Shown: in pieces, positions 11,446-22,700 of the stretch
Layout: each line of letters begins with the position of its first letter
How positions within the stretch are numbered: the first letter of the stretch is position 1
NCBI RefSeq assembly: GCF_963921235.1
Contig: NC_086098.1
Coordinates: forward strand, 236,421,355 to 236,470,000
DNA from: Mobula hypostoma
Lineage: Eukaryota
Length of the DNA stretch: 48,646 nt
Direction of reading: 5' to 3'
The notes under the pieces: model-generated
Database searches by the model: none
What the model saw: the letters and a program-made list of their open reading frames with translations, nothing else
What the model was told of the DNA's origin: nothing
Made by a program: the position numbers and the translations under genes

Positions 11446-11859
11446 ACTCATGATTGACAGCTCTTGCTGGGATGTTACTTCCCACCTCTACACTGAAGAC
11501 TGGGACATAATTCTGTTGTAATTCAGCTGCCACCTTCTCGTACCCCCATTATTAATCACCCAGCCCAATGTTGTTAACTTGTTCTTCTATTTATGTTTTT
11601 TTAAAGGTAATTATCACCTTTATTAGTCGATCGCTCTTATGATAGTTCTCTCATTAGAATGTATGTAATCGGAGAGAAACACACACACACACCTGCTTCA
11701 CCTCGATTGGTTGATCCTCATTTTATTTGCCACTTCACTGTAGCTCACTCTACGTACAGTTTCCATTAGAACCGTTTCAGACCCATTAGCCCAGGTCTTC
11801 TGCCTAGTCCCATCTCTGCGGGGATAGCCAGCCAGTCCGCCTGCTCCGGCTTCGAGATG

Positions 11860-12180
11860 TCCAATACTAGACAACAGGAATTTAAGGTGACGGGGGTGGG
11901 GGGGGGGTGGTGCGGTGTGCGGGGGTACCTTCAAATGAAATGCGTGGCACAAGTTTTTTTTTACAGAGAGAGAGAGGGATGTGGATGCCTGGAATGAGCT
12001 GGCTGGGCGGTGGCGGATCCAAATACGACAGAGGCGTTTACGAGGATTCCTAGGTAGGCGCATAGATGTACTGAGAATGGAGACTGAATAGGTAGAAGCG
12101 ACTCGTGCAGTTGGTTTTTAATGACTAGCTTAATTGGCTCAACATCGTGCGCCGAAAGGCCTGTTCCTCTGCCGTACGGG
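11860..12180 (+). mobile_element. CR1 3' fragment
   Basis: CR1 3' UTR ending gccgaaaggcctgttcctctgccgtac. Confidence 0.7.
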
Positions 12181-12419
12181 TCCCTCCAATGTCCTCTGCT
12201 ATCTTAACCCCCATCCACTGCAGAAAGCCTCCCACCACTCATGCTTTTTACCTTCTCTATCCTCTTTGACAGCACCAGCCTCCACAACCCGTTACCTCAA
12301 TTATATTAGTTAAGCAAGATGGCAGTCGGCACAGAATATACTCACTGATGATTTTTTGGTCCGTCGATGTTATAATCCCGGATCACAGCTAAGATCAATT
12401 CCTGAGGGAGGTGGTTAGC

Positions 12420-12620
12420 TACACCATTGCTATTTGTGAGATCCCACTGTGCACAAATGAGCCCTTCTGACCATTACAATAGAGAGCGCCGCTGATTGGC
12501 CAATCAGCCTCCTTCCTCTTCCAGTGGAAATTCGTTGCTGTTCGCAAGGCTCTGTGCGATTGTGTACTGGGACAGTGTATGGGCAAGGGGATGCAGGAGC
12601 AGCCATGCGAGGGCGGGGCC
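12420..12620 (+). promoter_or_regulatory. Deu-SINE-like relic with 18-bp double-CCAAT palindrome and GC box
   Basis: GCTGATTGGCCAATCAGC at 12491-12508 is a perfect palindrome; GGGCGGGG lies at 12611-12618. The preceding cattgctatttgtgagatcccactgtgcacaaat resembles the Deu domain. Confidence 0.35.
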
Positions 12621-12814
12621 AGGTACAGACACCGCGAGCAGCGTGGCAGGGGCACCCCCTTCTCCCCCACCCCCACAACCCCCGCACAAAGCAAGGTGGT
12701 ATCTCATTTCAGGATTAAATTCCAGCTTTTGTCCACGACGGTACCACTTTCTTGAAACGCCGTTAGGGAGGTACATCCGATATCAACCTTTCCCACACCC
12801 GCCTCAGAGTACTG

Positions 12815-13258
12815 AAATGTTACGTTTATCCAGTTATGTTATATGGCTCAGAATATTGGACAAAATCTAGTAACACGAGGAAAAGAATTGAAGCAGCAGC
12901 GATGTGGTTTTTGAGGAGGGTGCAAAGAATATCATGGACAAAACGAATATCTAACGAGGATGTCATGAACAGAGCAAGCACAAAAAGAGAAATAATATAT
13001 GAGATCATGAAAAGGCAACGTGACTTCATAGGACATGTGATTAGGAAGGAAAGAGGAGTTAGAATGTACGGTAATTATGCGAAAGATTGAAGGGAAGAAA
13101 GCAAGAGGAAGACAAAGACAAATGATGATGGAGACAGCAGCCAGAGAACTGGAAATGAATACCAATGAATTGATCCACTTGACCCGAAACAGGAGTGTGT
13201 GGACCATGGCAGTCAAAGCTCAAACTGGGCACGGCACCAGATGATGATGATGATGATA
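12815..13258 (+). mobile_element. RTE-clade LINE 3' fragment with (GAT)n tail
   Basis: MLYGSEYW..AMWFLRR..ISWTKRISNEDV..GHVIRK..KIEGK..RGRQ, with a gatgatgatgatgatgat tail at 13240-13257. Confidence 0.9.
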
Positions 13259-13667
13259 CCGACTGACAGTTACTGACGCACTCGCATCCCTCACTCCTCA
13301 TCCTTAATTCATCACACCCACTCCACTGCCTTCCCACCCGTCTCTCGCTTACTCTCCTCCCTTACCCCTCTCTCTTGCACCAGTCCCTCACTCCGCACCC
13401 TCCCTTACTTCCCTCATTCTCTTCCCTCACTCCGCTCCCACACCCCTTCCCTCATTTCCCTCCACCTCCACTGTAGATTCCCTTCTTTTCCCATGCTGAC
13501 CACTCCCCACAGGCACCAGTTGCATAAACTTTAGCTATTGACCCCCCTGCCTTTGTGACACTCTTTCAGCTCCGCCTCCGCAGTGTGACCCTCTCTCAGT
13601 ACTGCCCCTTCCACACCATGACCCTCCGTCAGTACTGCCCTTCTCGCACTGTAGCACTCCTTCAGCG

Positions 13668-14614
13668 CAGGAGAAAGACGAGATGGACTCAGTGGTCTGA
13701 TTCCCTCAGCAGACCGTCCAGTTCATCTGGCAAAATGCCTCTTCGCCAGACCTCACCAACAGGCACAAAGATCTCGCCTGGCTGGCGGTGAGAGAGGCCC
13801 TCCCAGTCAGATCCCTCCTGTACGCCCGGAATGTCGTCTCCGCACCTCACTGCCTACGGGAGGACTGTAATGGGGTGGAGTCGGGGGCTCACCTCTTTGC
13901 ACACTGTGGGTTCGCAAAGAAGGTGTGGAGGAGAATGGAGGGGACAGTACTAAGATTCATGCCCAGCAGCTGCGTTATCGAGGACTCCGTGATCTACGGG
14001 CTGTTCCCGGGGACGCATTGGAAACAAACATCCGGTGCTGCTGGCAGATCGTCAATTCGGTGAAAGACGCGCTTTGGTCGGCCCGAAACTTGGTGGTCTG
14101 CCAGCACATGGAGATGTCCATGACTGAATGCTGCCGACTGGCTCACTCTCGCCTGCAGGAGTCCGTGCTGAGGGATGCACTCAAGCTTGGTGCGGCCACC
14201 GCGAAGGCCCAGTGGGGAAGGACCACAGTTTAAGGTTCATCGCCCGTGGGAGTGTGAGGGGTTGGGTGGGGAGGAGACTAACCCTCATCAGCGGTGTGGA
14301 CAGATGAATCAACATGGTGCCCCAGGAGTGGGTGAAATTGTTAACTTGGAAAAGGAATTAGAGCCAACGCGTGCCTTTATTGTTGATAATTTTATTGTTA
14401 ATAAGTCTTAACTCTTGACCAAGGGTTGAGAGTAAATGAACGATTAATTGTAAACATCTTTCATTTGTATATGAACAGAGAGTCAACGCATAATTTTATT
14501 GTAAATAACTTTATTTATTGAATAAGGACTCAGAGTCAAGAAATGTTTTTTCTTATATGTATATAACTTTATTTTGTAGTAATTCTGAATAAGGTATTTT
14601 TGGAGAAAAAAAAA
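13668..14614 (+). mobile_element. Tx1-type (L1 clade) retrotransposon 3' fragment
   Basis: IWQNASSPDLTNRHKDLAWLAVREALPVRS..C.REDC..ESGAHLFAHC.FAKKVW (CCHC / zf-RVT region), an AT-rich UTR and a poly(A) at ~14606-14614. Confidence 0.85.
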
Positions 14615-14959
14615 CACTTTGAGTCCCACGTTGTGACTCTCCCTGAGCACCGCCTCCACAGTGTCACAATCCGTCAGGTTCCCTTTCCCCAGAAACACCC
14701 TAGAAACCTCGGAAACAGGTTCTTCCGCCCATCAATCCATGCTTGTCATCTTCACGATTCCAGTGCTCACCTAGATGTCGTGGATTTCTGTGTCCCGCAC
14801 CCGCTCAGGCTCTGGGCTCGGCTCCCCTCACTAGCTGATTCCACGGAGCTTGTTACTGGCCTTAGATACCGCCGGCCGCGGTTGAAGTTTCCCACTCTGT
14901 ATCCTCAGCAATTTCTACGCATGCGCTACCAAAAGCACCCCATCGCAATCCATAGCGGC

Positions 14960-15372
14960 TTGGTATGGCAGCTATTCTGCGTGTGACCGCCGTGGACGCA
15001 GCTCAGCACATCACGGAAACCAACCTCTCCTCTCTGGACTTTGTCTGTACTTCTCACTGTCTCAGTAAAGTAGTGAACATATTCAAAATGCCGAGCCACC
15101 CCAAACATTCTTTCCTCTCCTATCGGGCAGAAAATACAAGGATCTACCACGTTCTACCAGGGTCAAGGACAGTTTCTATCCGACTCTTGAACAGACCTTT
15201 TATACAGCAAGATGGACTCTTGGCCTCACAATCCACCTCATTATGATCTTGCACTTTATCGTTTGCCTGTTACAGTTTACATTGTTATTGTACTACCCTT
15301 GATTTGTGTAGACAGTGTGCAAGACAAGCTTGTCTCTGTATCTTGGTACATATAACATTGACAATAAATCAA
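14960..15372 (+). mobile_element. Rex1/Babar-type LINE 3' fragment just upstream of the Rhbg promoter
   Basis: AAQHITETNL..SHPKHSF remnant and a tail ending tgacaataaa. Confidence 0.75.
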
Positions 15373-15499
15373 CCTCTGCTCCCCAAATCTTCGTAGTTCT
15401 GTGGAATATTCCTAGCAGTTTGTGGAGTCTTGCTGTCAGCCTAACCGCGGGGTGGGAGAGGGTTGAGGCTGGGGGGAGGGGTGTCGGAGAGAAGAGGGT

Positions 15500-15743
15500 G
15501 AGATAACTAAAGTCTCAGACCTATGAATGACCCCACCCCCTCCTCTGCGGCCCAGAGGACCAGCTCCCTCTGCGGACCGCGGAGGGAAGGGCGGCGCGTC
15601 GTCCGCGCGGCCCTATCTCGAAAGGGGGCGTGGACTGCGGAGCAGCGCCCCGCTGCCTAGCCTTATATAAGTAGTGTGGAGTGGGAAGTGCGGGCTCCGG
15701 ACTTCAGCGCAGTTACCTCTCCGTCGATCCCCAGTTCGTCACC
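15500..15743 (+). promoter_or_regulatory. rhbg: Rhbg core promoter / 5' UTR (CpG-rich)
   Basis: AGATAA at 15501, CACCC box ~15534, GGGCGG 15589-15594, GGGGGCGTGG 15624-15633, TATATAA 15664-15670, and gtcaccATG Kozak context. Confidence 0.75.
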
Positions 15744-15933
15744 ATGAGTAACGCGGCCCCGAACATGCGGCTCCGGCTGCCGCTGCTTTGCATCTCGCTC
15801 CAGGTCCTGCTCGTGATCCTCTTCGCTCTGTTCGTCCGCTACGACGAGCACACTGACGCCATGAAGTGGTTCGAACTGAGGTCGCGAAATCACACGCCCA
15901 ATTCGGAGAACGAGTTTTACTTCAGGTACCCCA
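15744..15933 (+). CDS. rhbg: Rh type B glycoprotein (ammonia channel) exon 1
   Basis: [29 protein letters not shown]; donor gtgagt at 15934; phase 1. Confidence 0.95.
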
Positions 15934-15950
15934 GTGAGTGGCTCCTACAG

Positions 15951-16345
15951 GACACCCCCACCACCGCCTCCGACCGGCACTCGACCCGCGGGAAGATCTT
16001 TCATTCCAAACCAGGACACCCCTAACACCACGTCCGGTCGACACTCGACTCGCGGGGTTCCACTCATTCTTACTCGGGATGCTCCCAGCTCTGCGTCCGA
16101 CCGTCACTCGACCCTCAGGTTTCCCTCATTCCTACAAGGGACACTCCTAACACCACGTCCGACTGACGCTCGCCCCGCAGGGAGACCCCTGCCCCCGCCG
16201 CCATTCCCACGCCAGACACCCCTTACCCTGCGTCCGAGTGGACACTAGATCTCTGGGGGAACCCCACTCAATCCTAAACCCAACACTTACTACACGGTGT
16301 TCGACCATCATTCGACCCCCTCCCTCATTCCTACACGGGACACCC
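15951..16345. repeat. degenerate ~63-bp CpG-rich tandem repeat at the start of intron 1
   Basis: Units gacacc..c(g/c)tccga..actcgac start at 15951, 16015, 16078, 16140 and 16215. Confidence 0.75.
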
Positions 16346-16759
16346 TTAGGGCTGCGCCCCCAGTGGGCACGGTGGAGGAGATTGAGGGGTGGAAATTTCT
16401 TCTGTAGTTCCCGGCTGCTGGTTCGGGTCTAGCAGTTTTTGCTTGAACCGACGCGGCGCCTTCTCAGCCTTGCGTTACCCTGGACCGGACTCCGGAATGT
16501 AGTTGTTGCTGGGGTCAGAGGGGCAGCTTTTTGTTAGCTTGTTTGACGCGCATAGGCTCTGCGCCAACTACACGGCACCTGTTTCCAATAATTCTATGCG
16601 AACGTTTTATTACGCTAGCACATTTAATTTTACAAAGACATTTAATTCAAAAATTAACTTTATTATCAAAGTATACAGCTCCGAAGATACCCCATATTCC
16701 ATTGTTTACCCCCAAGCGGCCAATTAACTGACCACACCTGCGACGGACGGCGTTGAGCG

Positions 16760-17025
16760 AGCACAGCACTGTAAGGGTGGCGCTGAGGGAGCGCGCATCA
16801 TAGGTGCGTCCGTAATGAGAGAGTCCGTTGTCCGAGGGCTCGCTCTGAGGGAGAGCTGCGCTGCGAGAGAGACGGTGATGCGGGAGAGCTGCAATTTCAG
16901 AAGGGTTACGCGGTGGAACGCACACTGAATGGAGCGCGCTGTGAGAGGGGCGGTGGTGAGAAAGCATCTCACTGTGAGGGGCGATGGCGACGCAGGAGGC
17001 ACAGAGACGAGGGAGCGCCGCACCA
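16760..17025. repeat. degenerate ctgagggag..gc(a/g)ctgtga minisatellite (reverse of the 2990-3355 type)
   Basis: Recurrent gctgagggagc / gcgctgtgag cores. Confidence 0.5.
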
Positions 17026-17429
17026 CGGCGATCAATCTAGGATAAAGGACTTTCAGCGTGACGGTTTTAATGTTCCAATCTTCCTTGGATTCGGGGAACC
17101 GGCCATGAGTTTAGAATATGAATGCGCTGGGCGAAGTCTCCGAAGATTATGGTAGTGCTGCGTTTTATTGCCGATAACATAAAAGTAGGGACGTTATATT
17201 GCCTTCGGTAAGAACAAGTCTGGTTAACTGTTTAAAAAGCCTGGTCTAGCTATTTAAGTAATGCAGTGGGAGAACTGAGAGATTTCGCTGGAACAGCCAG
17301 GTTGTCTCATAGGGAAAAGGTTGGTCACGCGGTGCTCGTATCTGCGGGAGTTTCGAGGAAAATTTTCAGGCCGAGACCTTTAAAGTCGACTGTTATTTCC
17401 TTCCATAGATGCTGCCTGACCTGCTGCAC

Positions 17430-17432
<3 letters not shown>

Positions 17433-17478
<46 letters not shown>

Positions 17479-17479
17479 G
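17433..17479. repeat. (TG)n microsatellite inside a Penelope-derived short element
   Basis: About 20 TG units within ..gatgctgcctgacctgctg..ttccagcat. Confidence 0.9.
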
Positions 17480-18029
17480 CGGACGCGCGCTTTGCTCCTG
17501 ATTTCCAGCATTTGGCAGGTTCTGCAGGCAATGGATCATCAGTATGCTGAGAGGTTTTAACAGTTTGGATACCGAGTAAGTTTAGTATTAGGGTGTCTTT
17601 TACATATTCACTAGTAAAGAGTCGACATCTGAAGACAAAGGTGAAACATTGTTTTCTCTCTCTCTTATTGTGCGGTGTTTTTGAAACTTTTCTCTTCAAC
17701 GTGCGGTGCAACAGATTTTAAGAGAGTGGCAGACCGATTCGTGATAAATGAAGGAGTCAATTGTTGTTATAGTTTGGAGGGGATGTAGAGTTCAGATTAC
17801 AGTGAGATTAATCAGGCACTTATAAATAAAGAGCAGGTTTGACGGGTCGCGGCTTACTCCTTCTTCAAAAATACCATGGGACCATGATATTATCCAGCCC
17901 ATATACACGCCCTTCGGCCCAATTCATCCGTGCTAGTTCAATTTCTTTAATCAGCTTCGTGTCCTTCTGAACGTTTCCTATCCAATTACCTGCCAAAATG
18001 ACTTCTAACTGTTGTAACTATAACTGCAG

Positions 18030-18600
18030 CTTTACTGAACACTGGTTAGGCCACACATAACATTATCCTACAGTTGTGCTCGACACACTATACTGTATAG
18101 GAAGGACATGATCTACTGGAGATGGTGCTGAGGAGATTCAACGGGATGTTGACTGGATTGGAGGACTTTAGTTACGGAGAAATTGATCAGGCTGAGCTTA
18201 TTTCCTCTGGAGCGAAGGAAGCTGAGGGGCGGTGGTGGCTGATCTGATAGCAAGTAAACCAAATAATGGGGGGAGGCATATATTGGATGGACAATTAGAA
18301 TTTGTTTTTACCCAGGGTAACAGAAACAAGGGAGAACAGGAGAAGGGAAGGGGAGAACAGGACGTGGGGAAAACGAGGGAGGAGCAAGTTTGAAGGGGGG
18401 AAGTAGGTGAGTCTGGAATTTGCTTCCCGAGGAGGTCGTGGATTCAGATGCAATTACATTTAAGGGACATTAACACAGTCACTTAAATAGGCAAGGCACG
18501 GAAGGATGTGAATAAATTCTAACCCTAATCTTAATGCATGGGAGAACAGTTAGAAAGGACGTGATGGGCCGAAGGGTCTGCTTCTATGCTGTGTGACTCT
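18030..18600 (+). mobile_element. old CR1 3' fragment in intron 1
   Basis: LVRPH..RRFNGML.GLEDFSY remnant and a CR1 tail. Confidence 0.75.
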
Positions 18601-19441
18601 AAAACATACCTGTATACGTTTAGATAAAAATCACAGGTGAAGCGTGGGAAGAAACCCTGCCGCCTCACTGGGGCGGCTGGGGAGTTAATCGGTGTCGGTG
18701 CTCTCCTCAGGGTGGGGTGGGCTCGGCACCGCCTGTGGGGTGTTGTTATACCAAAACTGGGAGCTGCAATTCCTGTGGGTGGCACCGCTCACCACCCTCC
18801 CCATTAGGGTTGGGATGAGGCTGGAGACCGTCAGAAACTAGAAGATATAAAATAGAACACAACAGCAGGTCCTTCGGCCCACTATGTTGTACCAACCTTT
18901 TGACTCTCTTCAAAATCAATCGACCCTTCCCTATGTTTTTCTATCCCTTCCCTCTTGCTTCTCTCCGGACACGGTCCTGGATGTAGGAGTTGGTCTGGGG
19001 TGCAGCGTTTTTGCTGGACAGAACTGCCCCAGATCCCACCCTGTCTCCTCAGTAAACTTTAACATCTTCTTGTTTGTCTGTCTTCTACCCCATCCCCTCT
19101 CACTCCATTCCCACTACCCTCTCTTACAATTCTCACTGCTCTCCGTCCATTCCCCTTTCTGTAATTTTCCCTCGCCCATTCATTCCCTCCTCCATTGCCT
19201 CTCTTCTCCATTTCCTTCTGATCTTCCCCGTCCTTTCCCCTCTCCTTATTCCCTCCATCCGGTCCACCCCTCCTTCTTTCTTTGCTTGCCCCCCTCTCTC
19301 TCTCCAACCCCGACCCCACTTTTCCAATTCCTCATTCTCTCTCTTACTCCCCACTTCCTTCTGTCATCCCGCATCTCCTTGTTGCCCCCCTCCACGTCCC
19401 TCCCCTTATTCCAAACCCATCCCGCCGCCCCTCTGTGCCAG

Positions 19442-19631
19442 GTTTCCAGGATGTGCACGTTATGATCTTCGTGGGCTTTGGATTCCTCATGACCTTCTTG
19501 AGGAAGTACGGATACAGCAGTGTGGGCTTCAACTTCCTGCTGGCCGCCTTCTCGCTGCAGTGGGCCACGCTGGTGCAGGGCTGGCTACATGGCCTCGGGG
19601 AAGACGGCAAGATCCACATCGGCATAGAGAG
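19442..19631 (+). CDS. rhbg: Rhbg exon 2
   Basis: (S)[40 protein letters not shown]; acceptor tgccag, donor gtgagg. Confidence 0.97.
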
Positions 19632-19639
19632 GTGAGGCC

Positions 19640-20900
19640 GATGGGGGCGGGGGGGGGGGGAGGCGGCGACAGAGAGATGAAAGGGAGAGGAGAAGGGAAC
19701 GGGAGAGCAGGACGTGGCGAAAACGAGGGAGAGGATGGAAAAGGAAATAGGAGAGGTGAAGGAGAGGGAGGGAAGAAAGGAGAGGAGTCGAGGTCGATGG
19801 CCAGCGGGAGAAGAGGGGAGGGGAGAACCAGGGAGACCAAGGACGGGGGAAAGAAGGAAGGGGGATAATGAAAGAGGGGAACAGGAGGTGAAAGGGTGGC
19901 GAGAACGAGGGGGAAGAGGGTAAGGAGAGAGGAGAGAATGAGGAGACAGAGATGAATAGAGAGGGGAAATGAGGGAACAGGGGTACAGGAGGTGAGAGGG
20001 GAGAGGTGAACGAGGGGCAGAAGGTGAAAGAGGCAAAAGTGGGAAACCAGAGGGAAGGATGTGAAAGGTGAAGGGAGAACGAGGGAAGGAGAGGAGAAAA
20101 GGAGGAGAGGAAAAAGGGAGACGAGGGAGGGGAGAATGGGAGAGGAGGGGAGTCAGGAAGGGAGTGGGAATAGAACAGGTCAAAGGAAAGAAGACAGTGA
20201 GAGGTGAGGCAGGGAATGCCGGATTGGGGTGAGGTGGATAGTTGGAGGGAAGGAGGGGGTACAAGGGGGCAGAGCCTGGGTGGAGTAAGAGAGTGACCTT
20301 GTGTAATATTTGCTGGAGGCGTGGCAGTGGATGGGGTTATAGGGTGGGGTGGGGCTCTGGGGTATGTCATCCCGATGCGTTGGCCATTGTTATTGATGGA
20401 AGTGGAAAGACTGTGCAGATGGGATGGGTCATTGATGGGCAAGAAGGGAGGAGGTGTGGGAGTGAGGGGAGGGGGAACAGAAGGATGGAGAAGCCTTGGG
20501 GTGGTATGTTGAAGAAGACTGGAGGATGGTGAAAGGGGAGGGGTGTTTGGTGAGGGGGAAGAGAGCTGTGGGAAGAGTGTCGAAGAGAGGTGGAGAACGG
20601 GTGAAGGGGAGAGAGGGATGGAAGAGGAGAGGCGGGGAGGGGAGGGAGAAGTGTGGGAAAGGAAGGGGAGAGATGGGAGGGAGAGGTGGAGAGAGATGTA
20701 AAAGGGGAAGGGGAGAGATGCGGGGGTGAGAGGGGGAGTGAGATGTTGAGAGGTGGGAGAGAGAGGTGTGGAAGGGGAAGGGGAGAGGTCGGAGTAAGGT
20801 CGGAAGGTGGGAAGGGAAATTGGCGGAGGAGAGAGGAGAGGGAGGGAAGAGAGGGTGCAGGGAGAGAGGTGTGAGAGGGGTATTCGGGCTCGGGGGGTAA
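19640..20900. repeat. purine-rich (GA/GGA) low-complexity tract filling intron 2
   Basis: About 1.25 kb dominated by G and A on the + strand. Confidence 0.85.
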
Positions 20901-21025
20901 GAGCTCTCTCTGCGCACAACACAATGTACCAGCCCTTTTCTTGGGCAGATTATTTCACCCCAAGACCTCTAATACCACTAACCTCGTCTCTTCCCCCCTC
21001 CCCCCGCAAATCACGCCCGCGCCAG

Positions 21026-21176
21026 TATGATTAACGCGGACTTCTGCACCGGATCCGTCCTCATCTCGTTCGGAGCGCTGCTGGGCAAGTGCACCCCCGG
21101 GCAGCTCCTGGTGATGACAGTCTTCGAGGCGGCCTTCTTTCCTATCAATGAGTATATCTTGCTCTCCCTGCTGCAG
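21026..21176 (+). CDS. rhbg: Rhbg exon 3
   Basis: (S)[44 protein letters not shown]; 151 nt; branch point CACTAAC ~20976; donor gtgagt. Confidence 0.97.
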
Positions 21177-22254
21177 GTGAGTGGCAGAACCCTTTAAATC
21201 ATGGCACAGCGGTGGGGGCAGGGGCACATGCTTTAAAAAAGAGGGCGACACCCCACTTGGTCAGACAGCAAGACCACGCCACCAGTACCCTTCCTTCCGA
21301 TGTAGCTCACCCACCTTTGGTCAGACTATGTTACTCCTGACCCCATCGGACCGTTCAGTTGGTGGGGGGGGGGGCAGAGACTAGTCCCCGTCCTGGACAG
21401 AGGGAGAGACCAAGAGGTTAGCTATTCGACTGCTTGGACATCAGGTGGAGGTCAATTGTGTGGGTAGATCATTGTTAAATTAGGCAGGTAAGTCCTCTCA
21501 CAATTATCCCCCTGCCACACCCATTCCCCCCCCCCACCTGACTCCCCCCACAGCACTTCCCCTCCCACAGCCTTCCCCCTTCCCACCCTCCTTTCTACCT
21601 TCCCACACTACCTCTCCCTCCCACATCCCTCTCTTCCTCACACACCTGCTCCCCCCTCTCCTATCCTCCCCTTCCCCCTACCACTTCCTCCTAAACTTCT
21701 TCCTTCCCTCCCACACCTTTCTCGGGGGGCGTGGGGGGAACACGCGGGGTGGAGTGCCTGGGAAGAAGAGGTGGAGTAAACGGGGGAAAGGGATGGGAGA
21801 CGCCAAGACAACTAGAAGGGGAGGGCTTTGGCGAAGCTGAGAATAGAGGAGGAGTGGTGGGTTGGGTGCACAGATGCCGCGGGAGTGGAGACGGGAAGGT
21901 GCAGAGAGACGGAGGGTCTCCGTGGGATACGCGTTGCTGCTCACGGCAGACCTTTGTCCGGGTCGCAGGCACACATTTCGCAAAAATAAACAGTGTGTCG
22001 GCCAAAGCAAACGACTTCCCGCCTGACTCCCGGCTCAAAAGGGTGTCGGGCCGCCAAAGGTCGGGTGGAAAATCACCCGGAGACCAGGCACCCTGGGGCG
22101 GGGATCTTGGGTTGGGTCATTCATGGCTGCTGTCCATCACTCCGTCCCTACCTCACTCGCTCCCTTATTCTATTCTTTACACACCCAACTCCCTCTGAGT
22201 CGCATATTTCCTCCTCTCCCTACCCCACTCACTCCTTCTCTTACATACTTCCCC

Positions 22255-22700
22255 ACTCGCTCACTGTATCCCTCACTCCCACGCCGTCCCTTACACATTC
22301 CCTGTTCCCTCACTCCCTCCCTCCATCCCACTCCTTCCTCCGCACTCCCACACTCGCCCTCTCATTCCTTTCCTTACACATTCCCTGTTCCCTCACTCCC
22401 TCCCTCCATCCTCCCCTTCCTCCACCCTCCTACACTCTCCCTCTCATTCCCTCCCTTCCACATTCCCCGTTCCCTCACTGTATCCCTCACTCCCACGCCG
22501 TCCCTTACACATTCCCTGTTCCCTCACTCCCTCCCTCCATCCCACTCCTTCCTCCGCCCTCCCACACTCTCCCTCTCATTCCTTCCCTTACACATTCCCT
22601 GTTCCCTCACTCCCTCCCTCCATCCTCCCCTTCCTCCACCCTCCTACACTCTCCCTCTCATTCCCTCCCTTCCACATTCCCCGTTCCCTCACTGTATCCC
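22255..22700. repeat. pyrimidine-rich 214-bp tandem duplication with internal sub-repeats
   Basis: tcactgtatccc recurs at 22261, 22475 and 22689; ccttacacattccctgttccctcactccctccctccatcc occurs four times. Confidence 0.85.

Noticed and set aside
19344-20924. Long minus-strand ORFs (306 and 445 aa) and other P/S/L-rich or G/E/R-rich ORFs
   Set aside because: They are by-products of stop-poor purine/pyrimidine low-complexity intronic DNA and show no domain signal.
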